A stretch of 64,000 nt of DNA from Escherichia phage Ec_Makalu_002. Of the stretch, positions 1 to 9,410 are shown piece by piece. The position numbers and the translations under genes were made by a program. The stretch is from the sequence record MN709127.1. One strand, given 5' to 3'. The notes under the pieces were generated by a model. That model was given only the letters and a program-made list of their open reading frames with translations. It made no database searches and had not been told where the DNA came from. How positions within the stretch are numbered: the first letter of the stretch is position 1; every line of letters begins with the position of its first letter.

Positions 1-1
1 T

Positions 2-1405
2 ATCGCAGAAGCCGAAGTTGCTGGCGACCACGGTTATGACGCATCTCAGATCGCGGCTGGTCAGACTACTGGTGCAATCACTAACGTAGGTCCGGCTGTT
101 ATCGGTATGGTTCGCCGTGCTATTCCTAACCTGATCGCATTTGATATTTGTGGCGTTCAGCCGATGAGCACCCCGACTAGCCAGATCTTTGCAATCCGTT
201 CTGTATACGGTCCTAACCCGCTGGCGGCTCAGGCTAAAGAAGCATTCCATCCGATGTATGCGCCTGATGCGTTCCATAGCTCTCTTGCTGCTAAAGGTGC
301 AATTGTCGGTTCTCCGACCGGGACTCCGTTTGCTAAACTGGCAATCGGTACTCAGATTGAAGCAGGTGATATTGTACACCACACCTTCGCAGAAACTGGC
401 ATTGCATATCTGCAAAACGTTACCGCAGAACAAGTAACCCCGACCAAAGCTGGCAGCGAGTCCGAAGATGAAGTTGTCATGAAGCTGATGGAAGAAGGTA
501 AACTGGCTGAAATCGCTTTCGGTATGGCGACTTCCATTGCCGAAATTCAGGAAGGCTTTAACGGTTCCAGCAATAACCCGTGGGCTGAAATGTCAATGCG
601 TATTGACAAACAGGTTGTTGAAGCGAAATCTCGCCAACTGAAAGCCCGTTACTCTATCGAAGTTGCGCAGGATCTGCGTGCTGTACACGGTATGGATGCT
701 GACGCTGAACTGAATGCTATCCTGGCTAACGAAGTTCTGCTGGAAATCAACCGTGAAATCGTTGACGTCATCAACTTTACCGCTCAGGTTGGTAAGACTG
801 GTATGACTCAGACCGTTGGTTCTAAAGCTGGTGTATTTGACCTGCAAGACCCGATCGATACTCGCGGTGCTCGTTGGGCTGGTGAATCCTTCAAATCTCT
901 GATCTACCAGATCGACAAAGAAGCTGCTGAAATCGCTCGTCAGACTGGTCGCGGTGCGGGTAACTTTGTTATCGCTTCCCGTAACGTTGTAAACATTCTG
1001 GCTTCTGCTGATCAGGGTATCAGTCTTGCTATGCAGGGTGCTGCAAAAGGTCTGAATACCGACACCACTAAAGCTGTTTTCGCTGGTGTTCTGGCTGGTA
1101 AGTACAAAGTGTTCATCGACCAGTATGCTCGTCAAGACTACTTCACCGTAGGTTACAAAGGCGACAACGAAATGGATGCTGGTATCTACTATGCTCCGTA
1201 TGTTGCTCTGACTCCGCTGCGTGCAACTGACCCGCAGTCTTTCCACCCGGTTCTGGGCTTCAAGACTCGCTATGGCATCGGTATTAACCCGTTTGCAGAC
1301 AGCAAATCCCAGGCACCGTCCGCTCGCATCACCTCCGGTATGTTGAGCAAAGACAGCGTAGGTAAAAACGCATACTTCCGCCGTGTATGGGTTAAAGGTT
1401 GCTAA
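2..1405 (+). CDS. 23: major capsid protein gp23, 3' part (5' end upstream of window)
   Basis: Frame is open from base 2 into track ORF 107..1405; translation resembles T4 gp23; strong terminator follows. Confidence 0.93.
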   Translation: MAEAEVAGDHGYDASQIAAGQTTGAITNVGPAVIGMVRRAIPNLIAFDICGVQPMSTPTSQIFAIRSVYGPNPLAAQAKEAFHPMYAPDAFHSSLAAKGAIVGSPTGTPFAKLAIGTQIEAGDIVHHTFAETGIAYLQNVTAEQVTPTKAGSESEDEVVMKLMEEGKLAEIAFGMATSIAEIQEGFNGSSNNPWAEMSMRIDKQVVEAKSRQLKARYSIEVAQDLRAVHGMDADAELNAILANEVLLEINREIVDVINFTAQVGKTGMTQTVGSKAGVFDLQDPIDTRGARWAGESFKSLIYQIDKEAAEIARQTGRGAGNFVIASRNVVNILASADQGISLAMQGAAKGLNTDTTKAVFAGVLAGKYKVFIDQYARQDYFTVGYKGDNEMDAGIYYAPYVALTPLRATDPQSFHPVLGFKTRYGIGINPFADSKSQAPSARITSGMLSKDSVGKNAYFRRVWVKGC

Positions 1406-1488
1406 TATAAGCCATTCCTGAAAAACTCCGGTCGGGTGCAATACCCGACTTATCATAAACCTTATGACAGTGTAAAGTGTTAATTCCA

Positions 1489-1520
1489 AAGGGAAGACTC
1501 GAAAGGGTCTTCCCTTTTTG
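1489..1520 (+). terminator. rho-independent terminator after gene 23
   Basis: Hairpin gggaagac-N8-gtcttccc followed by TTTTT. Confidence 0.7.
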
Positions 1521-1535
1521 CGTATTATATCCCAT

Positions 1536-1543
1536 TATAAATA
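1536..1543 (+). promoter_or_regulatory. T4-type late promoter motif TATAAATA
   Basis: Exact TATAAATA in the 23-24 intergenic region. Confidence 0.45.
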
Positions 1544-1891
1544 AGGTTGCAAGCCTATATTCTATTTGGAGCGAAAATAGATACACACAACAAAGACAGG
1601 AAGATGCAGAACATCGGCGGGTTGCGATCCTAAATCCGGTGGCTATGATATGTGATTTCTTTTGATGCTGGATTTATTAAATTCCACCAATTTTCGTAGT
1701 AACTGCATGGCAAAGGGACCAATGAATGAAATGAGCGTTCATGTTGATATTGTGTTGGATAGATTTGGTAGATATACAGTTCTGGTGTATGCCGACCTTG
1801 TTATGACATTCCAGCGTGACGCTAGCGGTAATTTTTGGTTTTGGTACGCTGTTCCCTGAATTAACCCAAAATTCTCCATAAGGAGGAATGC

Positions 1892-2044
1892 ATGAGTAAG
1901 AAAGAAAACAGCTATGTTATGACTCGTAAGGAATACAACGAATTGATGTTAGCATTAGCTTATGCAATTATTCGTTCTGATCATGCAATTAATCTGGTAA
2001 ACAAAGTTAACCGTAGCGTTGATAATGTTTCTAGGAAGAAGTAA
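1892..2044 (+). CDS. hypothetical 50-aa protein
   Basis: ATG preceded by AAGGAGG at 1878-1884; MSKKENSYVMTRKEYNELMLALAYAIIRSDHAINLVNKVNRSVDNVSRKK; below the track size cut-off. Confidence 0.45.
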   Translation: MSKKENSYVMTRKEYNELMLALAYAIIRSDHAINLVNKVNRSVDNVSRKK

Positions 2045-2082
2045 GTTTATTTTGGAATCCTTCGGATTCCTTTTTCTTTTTG

Positions 2083-2090
2083 TATAAATA
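2083..2090 (+). promoter_or_regulatory. late promoter TATAAATA for gene 24
   Basis: TATAAATA about 40 nt upstream of the ATG at 2128. Confidence 0.6.
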
Positions 2091-2127
2091 TGATATATCC
2101 ATTAAGGCAAATACAGGATTCATAAAC

Positions 2128-3369
2128 ATGACTCATATTTTTACTGAACTGTTGCGGGAATCTACTTCCTCAGTAGCTAACCAGACAGCGCGACCGCAAC
2201 TATTATCATTAACTCGCGCGGTAAACAACCTGATTTTCTCTGATCTGGTAGCAATCCAGCCAACGGATCAACCAGTATCTGCATTGTACGGCCTACGTTA
2301 TCTTAATCGTGATGGTCAGATGACTTTCCGAACTGCTGCAACCTACGGTGGTGCGGTTGGTGATCGCACAGAGATTGAAGAGTTTTCAAAAGAAAAATCT
2401 TATGACGAAGGCGCACTATTCAAATCAGGCGATGTTGTATACGAAGTTGTGACCGCTGGTACAGTCGGTGAAGATGCCGCAACTCCAGAAGCTGCGATCT
2501 TTAAAGGCGTAATGACAAACAAAATTCGTTTCTATAGCGATTGTGCATCGGTAGAATACTTTGAAGATAAAAACACCGAAATTGCGTCTACCTCTATGCA
2601 GTTTGACAAGTGGCAAGTTAATGTAGGTTCTCGTAAACTGAAAACCTCGTTCACCACTGAATTAATGCAGGATCTTGAGGCAAGCCAAATCAACTCTGAA
2701 AACTCTGTAATTGATCTTCTGGCTACTGTTGCTTCCGAAGAGATCAACAAAGATATTATTCAGAAGTTGATCACTGTATCATCTCGCTATAAAATTAAAG
2801 GGATCACCCCTGATGGCGTACTTTCTCTCGTTAGCGTTCAGGATGCACCAACACAAGCGCGTGAACTTTACCGCTATGCTTGCGAGATGAGCAATCAAAT
2901 GTTGCGGACTTCCTCCTTTGCTGGTACATACGTTTTGGCGTCTTCTCGCGTGGTTGGCCTCCTGCAATCTTCCGGTTGGATGGAAGAAACCGACAATGCT
3001 CTAAGCGAAGGTCGTCTACGTTGCGGTCTGGAAGTTTACGCAGACACGACAACACCTTTCGATTATATGCTCGTTGGTTGCAAGCACATGATCGGTGATA
3101 TGGAGAGTGTCGGTTCTCTGTTCTACTCCCCATATACAGAAGCTGACGGCGCTGGCGCGTATAAGAGCGTAATTGACCCTAATAGCTTCCAGCATCATGT
3201 AGCTATTATGAATCGTTATTCACTCTCTGTCAACCCATACACATCAAAAGTTGATCAGGAAGAACACCAGGTCATCAAGGGTGACGATTGGGGTAAAATG
3301 GCTGGACGTTCAGAAATGTCCTACATTTTAGGAATCGAACTGCCACCACTTGAGATTGACAACGCTTAA
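2128..3369 (+). CDS. 24: capsid vertex protein gp24
   Basis: Track ORF 2080..3369 starts at a TTG inside the late promoter; ATG at 2128 gives MTHIFTELLRES..., which aligns with the T4 gp24 N-terminus and capsid fold motifs. Confidence 0.9.
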   Translation: MTHIFTELLRESTSSVANQTARPQLLSLTRAVNNLIFSDLVAIQPTDQPVSALYGLRYLNRDGQMTFRTAATYGGAVGDRTEIEEFSKEKSYDEGALFKSGDVVYEVVTAGTVGEDAATPEAAIFKGVMTNKIRFYSDCASVEYFEDKNTEIASTSMQFDKWQVNVGSRKLKTSFTTELMQDLEASQINSENSVIDLLATVASEEINKDIIQKLITVSSRYKIKGITPDGVLSLVSVQDAPTQARELYRYACEMSNQMLRTSSFAGTYVLASSRVVGLLQSSGWMEETDNALSEGRLRCGLEVYADTTTPFDYMLVGCKHMIGDMESVGSLFYSPYTEADGAGAYKSVIDPNSFQHHVAIMNRYSLSVNPYTSKVDQEEHQVIKGDDWGKMAGRSEMSYILGIELPPLEIDNA

Positions 3370-3957
3370 CTAAATATCTAACCAAGACAAGTCAGATCCG
3401 CCCAAGATTTTTTCGACGGCGGATCTATTTTCTTGATGATATAAGTTAAAACATGGTATCCCATGTCTACGGGCAACATAAACAGCAATTCGAGTTCCTC
3501 CCGAAACGATTCCATTAACTTCTTTCGCCCAGAATATCACACAATCTACAGGATCATCAAGTGTCTCACCTAAGACTTGAGCAACATTTCTAGAAAACAG
3601 ATTTTGCATGTATAACGGTATAGAACGAGGATTATCATAAACGTGTTCTAATTCATCCATCGCCAGATTTTTTTGTTCTAAGGTTTGCCATGCAATCACA
3701 TCATGACCGTTATGCTTGTGATCATAAAACTTCCAATTTGGAATGAAAATTTTTCTATAATCTGGATCGTAATACTTCATGAAAGCATTGTCCATACCGT
3801 AAGCCCCTCCAGAATGCGCTACAACGCGATTTTCTGACAATACCCTCCCAATGGTACTAGCCATTATCAAAATGTCGCTAGGCGCTTTTCTAGAGCCTAT
3901 TAAAGCACATCTACGAAGTGGTTTTACTCCAAATAGATCTTGTAACTGGTCAAACAT
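3370..3957 (-). CDS. DprA/Smf-like (SLOG-type Rossmann) protein
   Basis: GGAGGA RBS; motifs ALIGSRKAP...VAHSGGAYGMDNAF...GGTRIAVYVARRHGIPCF resemble the DprA Rossmann domain (GSR / SG-A-G-D / GT...A...G-P). Confidence 0.5.
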   Translation of the reverse strand: MFDQLQDLFGVKPLRRCALIGSRKAPSDILIMASTIGRVLSENRVVAHSGGAYGMDNAFMKYYDPDYRKIFIPNWKFYDHKHNGHDVIAWQTLEQKNLAMDELEHVYDNPRSIPLYMQNLFSRNVAQVLGETLDDPVDCVIFWAKEVNGIVSGGTRIAVYVARRHGIPCFNLYHQENRSAVEKILGGSDLSWLDI

Positions 3958-4108
3958 AATATTTCCTCCATAGAAAGCAATATCATACTACAAGTTAATA
4001 ACAAATACAAGTATCCGCGTAGCGGAAGCGAGCACAGCGAGCAATAAAACACTTCCAGTAATTGATTAATAAATGTTCGAAACAAATTTTTATTATTCTA
4101 TAAGATAA

Positions 4109-4282
4109 GTCTTCGTTTTGATCATAATTTAATCATACATGTAAAAACGACACAAAAGGATATCGCTTCGCGAACTCCTACGGAGTATAACATTTGTGTT
4201 ACATTATGTGGTGATTAATAATTAATCAAAGATACATTTTCTATGTTCTAAAGATCTTTCTTCGTTTTGATCATAATTTAAT
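4109..4282. repeat. direct repeat of about 25 bp, two copies about 150 bp apart, in a 400-bp non-coding region
   Basis: cttcgttttgatcataatttaatca at 4109-4133 and again at 4258-4282. Confidence 0.6.
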
Positions 4283-4335
4283 CAAACAGTATTAATATTG
4301 TCCATATGTAAACTAAAATTATGTCAGTAATAGAT

Positions 4336-4362
4336 ACAAAAAAGCCGCCCCGAAGGACGGCT
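4336..4362 (-). terminator. rho-independent terminator after ORF 4371..4808
   Basis: Minus-strand hairpin AGCCGUCC-UUCG-GGGCGGCU followed by U-run. Confidence 0.65.
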
Positions 4363-4370
4363 AATGTTAA

Positions 4371-4808
4371 TTATTTGTTGATAACGATCTGATTTCGGCG
4401 AATGGTAACATTACTCTTAGAGATGATCAGATCATCCGGCACTACGTTAGTTTTGTATGGTTGGAAGCGAACAAGCATCTGATTGCGTTTAGACCCTTCC
4501 TTAATCTTGATTTCCATCTGGATATTGTTGCCTACGTGAGCAACCGCAATTTCACCTTTATTCTCATAGACCCACTTGCTGGTAACGTCTCCCGCAAAAG
4601 CCTTAATAACTTGCAATGCTTCGTCGTATGCGGTAGAGCTGTGAACTTTCAGAAGGCCAGCCGTAGCAAGACGGGAGCAGGTGATCGCCGGAGATTGCCA
4701 AACATCAACATTAATTTGCTCAATCAGAGTAACACCGCCCTGATCAACTGCTTTGAATGCTTCGAACATTGCCTTTTTCATTGCTACGTGGTTTTTACGG
4801 AATTTCAT
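4371..4808 (-). CDS. hypothetical protein (145 aa)
   Basis: Track ORF with GAGGTG RBS. Confidence 0.7.
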   Translation of the reverse strand: MKFRKNHVAMKKAMFEAFKAVDQGGVTLIEQINVDVWQSPAITCSRLATAGLLKVHSSTAYDEALQVIKAFAGDVTSKWVYENKGEIAVAHVGNNIQMEIKIKEGSKRNQMLVRFQPYKTNVVPDDLIISKSNVTIRRNQIVINK

Positions 4809-4854
4809 AATTAGTCACCTCTATTGATTAGTTATTCAGAATATTAATTACAAA

Positions 4855-5130
4855 TCAGGACATTGCCCGTTTGAATGCGTCCATTATAACAGTGTTATTT
4901 GGCTTGTCAACACGTTTTTGAACTTTATTTTTAAATTTTTTGTTTATGTGGTGTTTACGATAAACAACCTTTTCACGGCTGGCGTAAGCCTCGCGTGCAT
5001 CTTTTACCATCAACCATGCCTTAGCCGCATCTTGTCCGCTGATCCCGCCAATCTTCTTAGCAATATCAACAAAATTAAGACCGTGATCTTCGCGTAGCAT
5101 GTAAACCATTAACGCTGTTTTCTTGTCCAT
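4855..5130 (-). CDS. hypothetical protein (91 aa), possibly DNA-binding
   Basis: Track ORF with RBS; basic C-terminus. Confidence 0.6.
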   Translation of the reverse strand: MDKKTALMVYMLREDHGLNFVDIAKKIGGISGQDAAKAWLMVKDAREAYASREKVVYRKHHINKKFKNKVQKRVDKPNNTVIMDAFKRAMS

Positions 5131-5327
5131 TACTTCGCCTCATTGACGATTAACAGGATAGTGATCAGTACCGGAAACTGGATCATGACAGTACCAATAA
5201 ACCGGATAAACGCATTTTCTGACTTCCACACATGACATGCGACTAGCTGATAGACCATTGTTGCAACCAAAGCCAGAAAATACATCTCGATTGGCGTTTC
5301 TTTGATCAATCGTACAATCTCATTCAT
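5130..5327 (-). CDS. small membrane protein (65 aa)
   Basis: Track ORF with RBS; one long hydrophobic segment. Confidence 0.6.
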   Translation of the reverse strand: MNEIVRLIKETPIEMYFLALVATMVYQLVACHVWKSENAFIRFIGTVMIQFPVLITILLIVNEAK

Positions 5328-5453
5328 ACTTCACCTCATACATTCATAAACACAACAACGAATAGGACAGTAACAGTTATTAAAGCCATTTTCAACCCCA
5401 TATTCATAATATTTTCTTCGCCTCACGATGACAGTAGCATGTCGATGCGTGCC

Positions 5454-5481
5454 ATTATAGGCATCTAAATCGCTCTGTCAA
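5454..5481 (-). promoter_or_regulatory. sigma70-like early promoter
   Basis: Minus strand TTGACA-16 bp-TATAAT upstream of the 5327 start. Confidence 0.6.
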
Positions 5482-5489
5482 GCACAAAA

Positions 5490-5518
5490 ACAAAAAAGCC
5501 ACCCCGAAGGATGGCTGA
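5490..5518 (-). terminator. rho-independent terminator after hoc
   Basis: Minus-strand hairpin GCCAUCC-UUCG-GGGUGGC followed by U-run. Confidence 0.65.
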
Positions 5519-5527
5519 TAGATTTCA

Positions 5528-6730
5528 TTAATCACGAATGCGTAGAACTCGCTCTAACGTCTCTCGGTCCAGTTTATGTAACTCTTTGGAATGATACATG
5601 AAACCATTGCGAGATTCCATGCAAGTGCAATCACTATATTTTTCTTCCGCTGCCGCGATTGTCTCCAGATCTTTGGCGTACTTGCTGGTTGAATAAACTT
5701 CTCGGTTACGCCACTCTAACCCAGCCTCATTGAATTTAACAATCTCGTCAAATACCCACCATCCAATGTAGATAAATGAAGTTTTGCGCCACGGGATCGG
5801 GTGTACGTAACGAAACATTTTAACAACTTCCATTGAACATTTTCTACTTGTACTTGTTGCAACTTCTACTGTTTCATCTTCGATCTGTTGATATAGTTTA
5901 GCAACACACCAGAATTTGGCTGTGTCATCGTAAGTAGCACTCTCTTTGAACAGATGACCGTCTGGCATGATAGAAAATCCTTCCAGTGCTTCGCCGACCT
6001 CACTACCGATTAGAGTCGGTGACAGTTGTCCTTCGCGCTGCAAATACCAGTTATGTTTGATCGTCAATGTAGGCATACCGCTAGAATCGCCTACAATGTC
6101 CTCTGACACAACATAATTAAGTGAGATCTCATTACCTAGTGCCACGGTCTTTGATTCCACCACATCCTGTTCTACGTTCATTGTTGCCAGCATGATTTTA
6201 GTCGATGCGCTATCGGCTGAATCTTCCGACTCACCCCACACTTTTACAGTATACACGCCGTTTTTATCTGCTGTAAATTTTTGGATCGTAATATCCTGTG
6301 TTGTGTCTATAACTTCTTCGCCCTTACTCCAACTATAATGTAGTTCATAGTTGTCTGCTGGAGTCTTCCCACCCGAAAATTTTACTGTTGCATGTAATTC
6401 TACGTTTGTTTGTGATGATACGTAGAATTGCTGCGGTTCGGTGATATTTACGATTAATTCAGCTTCTTCCATGAGGAAAACTTCAGATTCTACTGATTCC
6501 ATCGTATCGGTATCTTGTACCGTTACTTTATAGCTACCCGCATTTTCACTTGTTGCGTCTGCTACAGTTAGCGTAGCTGTGCTATTTTCATGCGGTTGGT
6601 CGTCTTTTGTCCATGTATATGTCAAATTGCTGGGTAATGGTTCGTCACCCGCTACAGTCGCCGTTAAGGTGAAACCATCTCCAGCAAGAAAACATCTTTT
6701 GTTGGATTGTATTGATACTGTGAAAGCCAT
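5528..6730 (-). CDS. hoc: Hoc, outer capsid protein with Ig-like domains
   Basis: 400 aa; repeated Ig-like segments and a conserved C-terminal capsid-binding region; T4-like position. Confidence 0.85.
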   Translation of the reverse strand: MAFTVSIQSNKRCFLAGDGFTLTATVAGDEPLPSNLTYTWTKDDQPHENSTATLTVADATSENAGSYKVTVQDTDTMESVESEVFLMEEAELIVNITEPQQFYVSSQTNVELHATVKFSGGKTPADNYELHYSWSKGEEVIDTTQDITIQKFTADKNGVYTVKVWGESEDSADSASTKIMLATMNVEQDVVESKTVALGNEISLNYVVSEDIVGDSSGMPTLTIKHNWYLQREGQLSPTLIGSEVGEALEGFSIMPDGHLFKESATYDDTAKFWCVAKLYQQIEDETVEVATSTSRKCSMEVVKMFRYVHPIPWRKTSFIYIGWWVFDEIVKFNEAGLEWRNREVYSTSKYAKDLETIAAAEEKYSDCTCMESRNGFMYHSKELHKLDRETLERVLRIRD

Positions 6731-6825
6731 ATAAAGCCACTCCCATAGAAAATCCGAATTTAATTAATTGAAATAGTTGATTGCCATCAACCAGATAACC
6801 ATTGCGAGATTCCAATACATGAGTA

Positions 6826-6990
6826 TTAGAATAGTGATGTAACGAGGCCGAAATAGTATCGATCTCGTCTTGGTATTTGTTCTGTTATAAAGTCTGCTGT
6901 ACTAACAACAATCTTTAACAGAAGTGGATGACCAACGGAGCCATAAACCGGACCTTCTGTTTGATGTAATACATTGATTTTGTTAGACAT
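6826..6990 (-). CDS. hypothetical 54-aa protein
   Basis: ATG with GAGGA-like RBS; MSNKINVLHQTEGPVYGSVGHPLLLKIVVSTADFITEQIPRRDRYYFGLVTSLF. Confidence 0.35.
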   Translation of the reverse strand: MSNKINVLHQTEGPVYGSVGHPLLLKIVVSTADFITEQIPRRDRYYFGLVTSLF

Positions 6991-7068
6991 GTAGTATCCT
7001 CTTTTAATTGCATAACGGAACTACAATTAAAATTATAACAAATATTTCACAACTTTTATCACCCAAAA

Positions 7069-7794
7069 TTACTTGAGTGTGTGGAATTGGCTATGTTTAG
7101 TCTCTCGCACCTTGACAGACCCATCGCGTTTGATATAATAGATCAGTGACTTGAGGGTGTCGTGTACATACGCGTGCGGGAAACGCTCTGGATACTTCTT
7201 CCAATCTGGAGTATTAACGATCCAGTCGAAAATCCACCACGGGCAGGAGTAGTAACCACGACCGCCACCGATCAAGCAAATGGTCGGACGGAAACCAGTA
7301 AGATCACAAAATGAATCAGTGTCATGTGCAGGAGAACGATGCTCTGCTTCGTCAGAGAAAATGTTTGCTACCGGAGATTCCACTTTAACTTCCGGTGCTT
7401 CTTCAACATCTGACTTAACTTCTTCGACCACTGGTTCAACTGCTGGAGATTCTTCTTTTGTTTCTTCAATGACGATCTCAGGTTCTTTCATTGCTTCAAC
7501 CAGAGACGGATCAACTTCGTCGAATACCACTTTATCATCTGCGGTATCTGCTGCCAGAATAAGGTCGTTAATACTGGTTCCTTCTGCCGGAGTTTCTTCT
7601 TCCATTTCGGAAGCCAGTTTAGTTAATTCGGTTTCTACGAACTCGATCATGTTCTCTAGTGATAAAGTCTTTTTGACCTTGATATCAAATTGTTTTGCAT
7701 AGTCTGCTAATTCTGTTTTAGCTGTTTTCTGTGCTTCTTTGTCGTCGGACGCCGCAATAGCGCGGAGTTCTTCGAAATATTCTTTATCAAACAT
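7069..7794 (-). CDS. inh: acidic protein in the position of T4 inh (prohead protease inhibitor); assignment by synteny only
   Basis: 241 aa, Glu-rich central region and Cys/Trp-rich C-terminal domain; lies between hoc and uvsW. Confidence 0.4.
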   Translation of the reverse strand: MFDKEYFEELRAIAASDDKEAQKTAKTELADYAKQFDIKVKKTLSLENMIEFVETELTKLASEMEEETPAEGTSINDLILAADTADDKVVFDEVDPSLVEAMKEPEIVIEETKEESPAVEPVVEEVKSDVEEAPEVKVESPVANIFSDEAEHRSPAHDTDSFCDLTGFRPTICLIGGGRGYYSCPWWIFDWIVNTPDWKKYPERFPHAYVHDTLKSLIYYIKRDGSVKVRETKHSQFHTLK

Positions 7795-7820
7795 GCTATT
7801 CTCCTGATTGGGGGTGTTTG

Positions 7821-7828
7821 TATAAATA
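7821..7828 (+). promoter_or_regulatory. late promoter TATAAATA for uvsW
   Basis: Exact TATAAATA about 37 nt upstream of the ATG at 7865. Confidence 0.55.
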
Positions 7829-7864
7829 TTTGTATACTGTATTTATTGAGTGAGGCTATTCGCT

Positions 7865-9367
7865 ATGCAAGATATTAAAATTCACTTTCTGAACTACTCC
7901 CACGTTCAAATTGAATGTAGCGATTCAATTTTATTAGAAATGCGAGATTATTTTAGTTTTGAAGTCGAGGGAGCGCGGTTTCAAAAAAGATTTAAGTATG
8001 GCGGATGGGATGGGCGTATTCGTCTTTTAGATTACAATGGAAAGTTGCCAATCGGACTAACTAAAACCGTTGGTATCTTCGCTAAAAATATGGGTTATTC
8101 TGTTTGGGTAGACCCTCGCTTATTCGAGAAAGAACAGGTTACAGAAGAAGAGATCACAAAATGGTGTAACGACTTAGAATTATATTCCGGTGCTAACAGG
8201 ATCACCCCGCATTGGTATCAATCAAAGGCTGTCTTTGAAGGTATTCATCATAAACGCCGTATGTTAGTTTTGCCTACGTCCGCTGGTAAATCTGCGATTG
8301 CTTGTATGTTGTCTCGCTGGTACTTAGAGAACTACGAAGGGAAAGTGCTGATCATCGTTCCTACCACGTCTCTAGTGCTGCAAATGCGAGATGACTTTGT
8401 TGATTATCGCCAGTTTCCTTATGAAGCAATTCATACTATCATGAGCGGTACTAGTAAACACGTAGGTGATCGCCTGATCGTTGTTAGTACGTGGCAATCT
8501 GCATGTAAACAACCTCGTGAGTGGTTCCAACAATTCGGGATGGTTATTGTTGACGAATGTCACAAGGCCACGGCTAAAAACCTGCTAAACATCGTTACTG
8601 ATATGGATCATTGCCAATTTAAGATCGGTATGACTGGTTCCCCTCGTGACGGGAAAGCTAACATGATGCAGTATGTCGGGCTTTTCGGTGATATTTCTAA
8701 GATCGTGAGTATTGACCGCCTGATGGAAGAAGGTCAAGTGACAAAACTGAAAATTAACTGTCTTTTTCTTCGTTATACCGATGAGGAATGTAGCGCGGTT
8801 AAGGGGAGAGAATATGCGGAAGAGATCAAGTATATTACATCTAACCCACGACGTAATAAGTTTGCTTGCAATTTGGCGCTAAAACTCGCTAAGAAGGGCG
8901 AAAACGTATTCCTGATGTTCCGCAACACTAAGCACGGAAAACTTATGTATGATGCGTTACAGAAGGTACATGACAAGGTTTATTATATTGACGGTGGAGT
9001 TAAGACAGAAGAACGTGATGAATTTAAGAAAATGGCGGAAGGTGACACCGGGATCATTTGTGTTGCGTCTTATGGTGTGTTCTCTACTGGTGTTTCCATC
9101 AAGAACTTGCATCATGTTATTTTCGGTCATCCAGTGAAGGAATCAACCATCGTTCGTCAGAGTATCGGTCGTGCATTGCGTAAACATGGTTCTAAGGATA
9201 TTGCTACCGTTTGGGATCTTATCGATCATTTGGCGGTGAAGACAAAGAGCAAGAATGCTAAGAAACAGTTTAGTCACCTTAATTATGCTCTTAAACACGC
9301 GCTTTTGAGGATACAGCTTTACAATACCGATAAATTTGAGTATGCCACGAAAACCATCGAGATTTAA
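7865..9367 (+). CDS. uvsW: UvsW RNA-DNA/DNA helicase (SF2)
   Basis: Track ORF starts at GTG 7850; ATG 7865 with GAGG RBS gives MQDIKIHF..., like T4 UvsW; helicase motifs PTSAGKS, DECH, SAT-like. Confidence 0.92.
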   Translation: MQDIKIHFLNYSHVQIECSDSILLEMRDYFSFEVEGARFQKRFKYGGWDGRIRLLDYNGKLPIGLTKTVGIFAKNMGYSVWVDPRLFEKEQVTEEEITKWCNDLELYSGANRITPHWYQSKAVFEGIHHKRRMLVLPTSAGKSAIACMLSRWYLENYEGKVLIIVPTTSLVLQMRDDFVDYRQFPYEAIHTIMSGTSKHVGDRLIVVSTWQSACKQPREWFQQFGMVIVDECHKATAKNLLNIVTDMDHCQFKIGMTGSPRDGKANMMQYVGLFGDISKIVSIDRLMEEGQVTKLKINCLFLRYTDEECSAVKGREYAEEIKYITSNPRRNKFACNLALKLAKKGENVFLMFRNTKHGKLMYDALQKVHDKVYYIDGGVKTEERDEFKKMAEGDTGIICVASYGVFSTGVSIKNLHHVIFGHPVKESTIVRQSIGRALRKHGSKDIATVWDLIDHLAVKTKSKNAKKQFSHLNYALKHALLRIQLYNTDKFEYATKTIEI

Positions 9368-9410
9368 TAAATAGGGGCTTTAATGCCCCTTTATTCTACG
9401 GAGATTAAAA

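Noticed and set aside
189-1586. ORFs 189..437 (+), 352..537 (-), 593..1489 (-) and 1392..1586 (-)
   Set aside because: They overlap the gene 23 reading frame or its terminator and have no RBS. They are frame shadows of a highly expressed gene.
1662-1859. 65-aa ORF between genes 23 and 24 as a possible homing endonuclease remnant
   Set aside because: No GIY-YIG or HNH motif is recognisable and there is no clear RBS. Left unannotated; the 50-aa ORF at 1892..2044 has better signals.
2080-2127. Track start of the gene 24 ORF at 2080
   Set aside because: Position 2080 is a TTG lying inside the TATAAATA late promoter. The ATG at 2128 gives an N-terminus matching T4 gp24.
5330-5400. 23-codon hydrophobic mini-ORF upstream of the 65-aa membrane protein gene
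   Set aside because: Too short to call without expression data.
7280-7702. 140-aa plus-strand ORF inside the inh-like gene
   Set aside because: It is the antisense of the Glu-rich region, which yields a Ser/Thr-rich shadow frame, and has no RBS.
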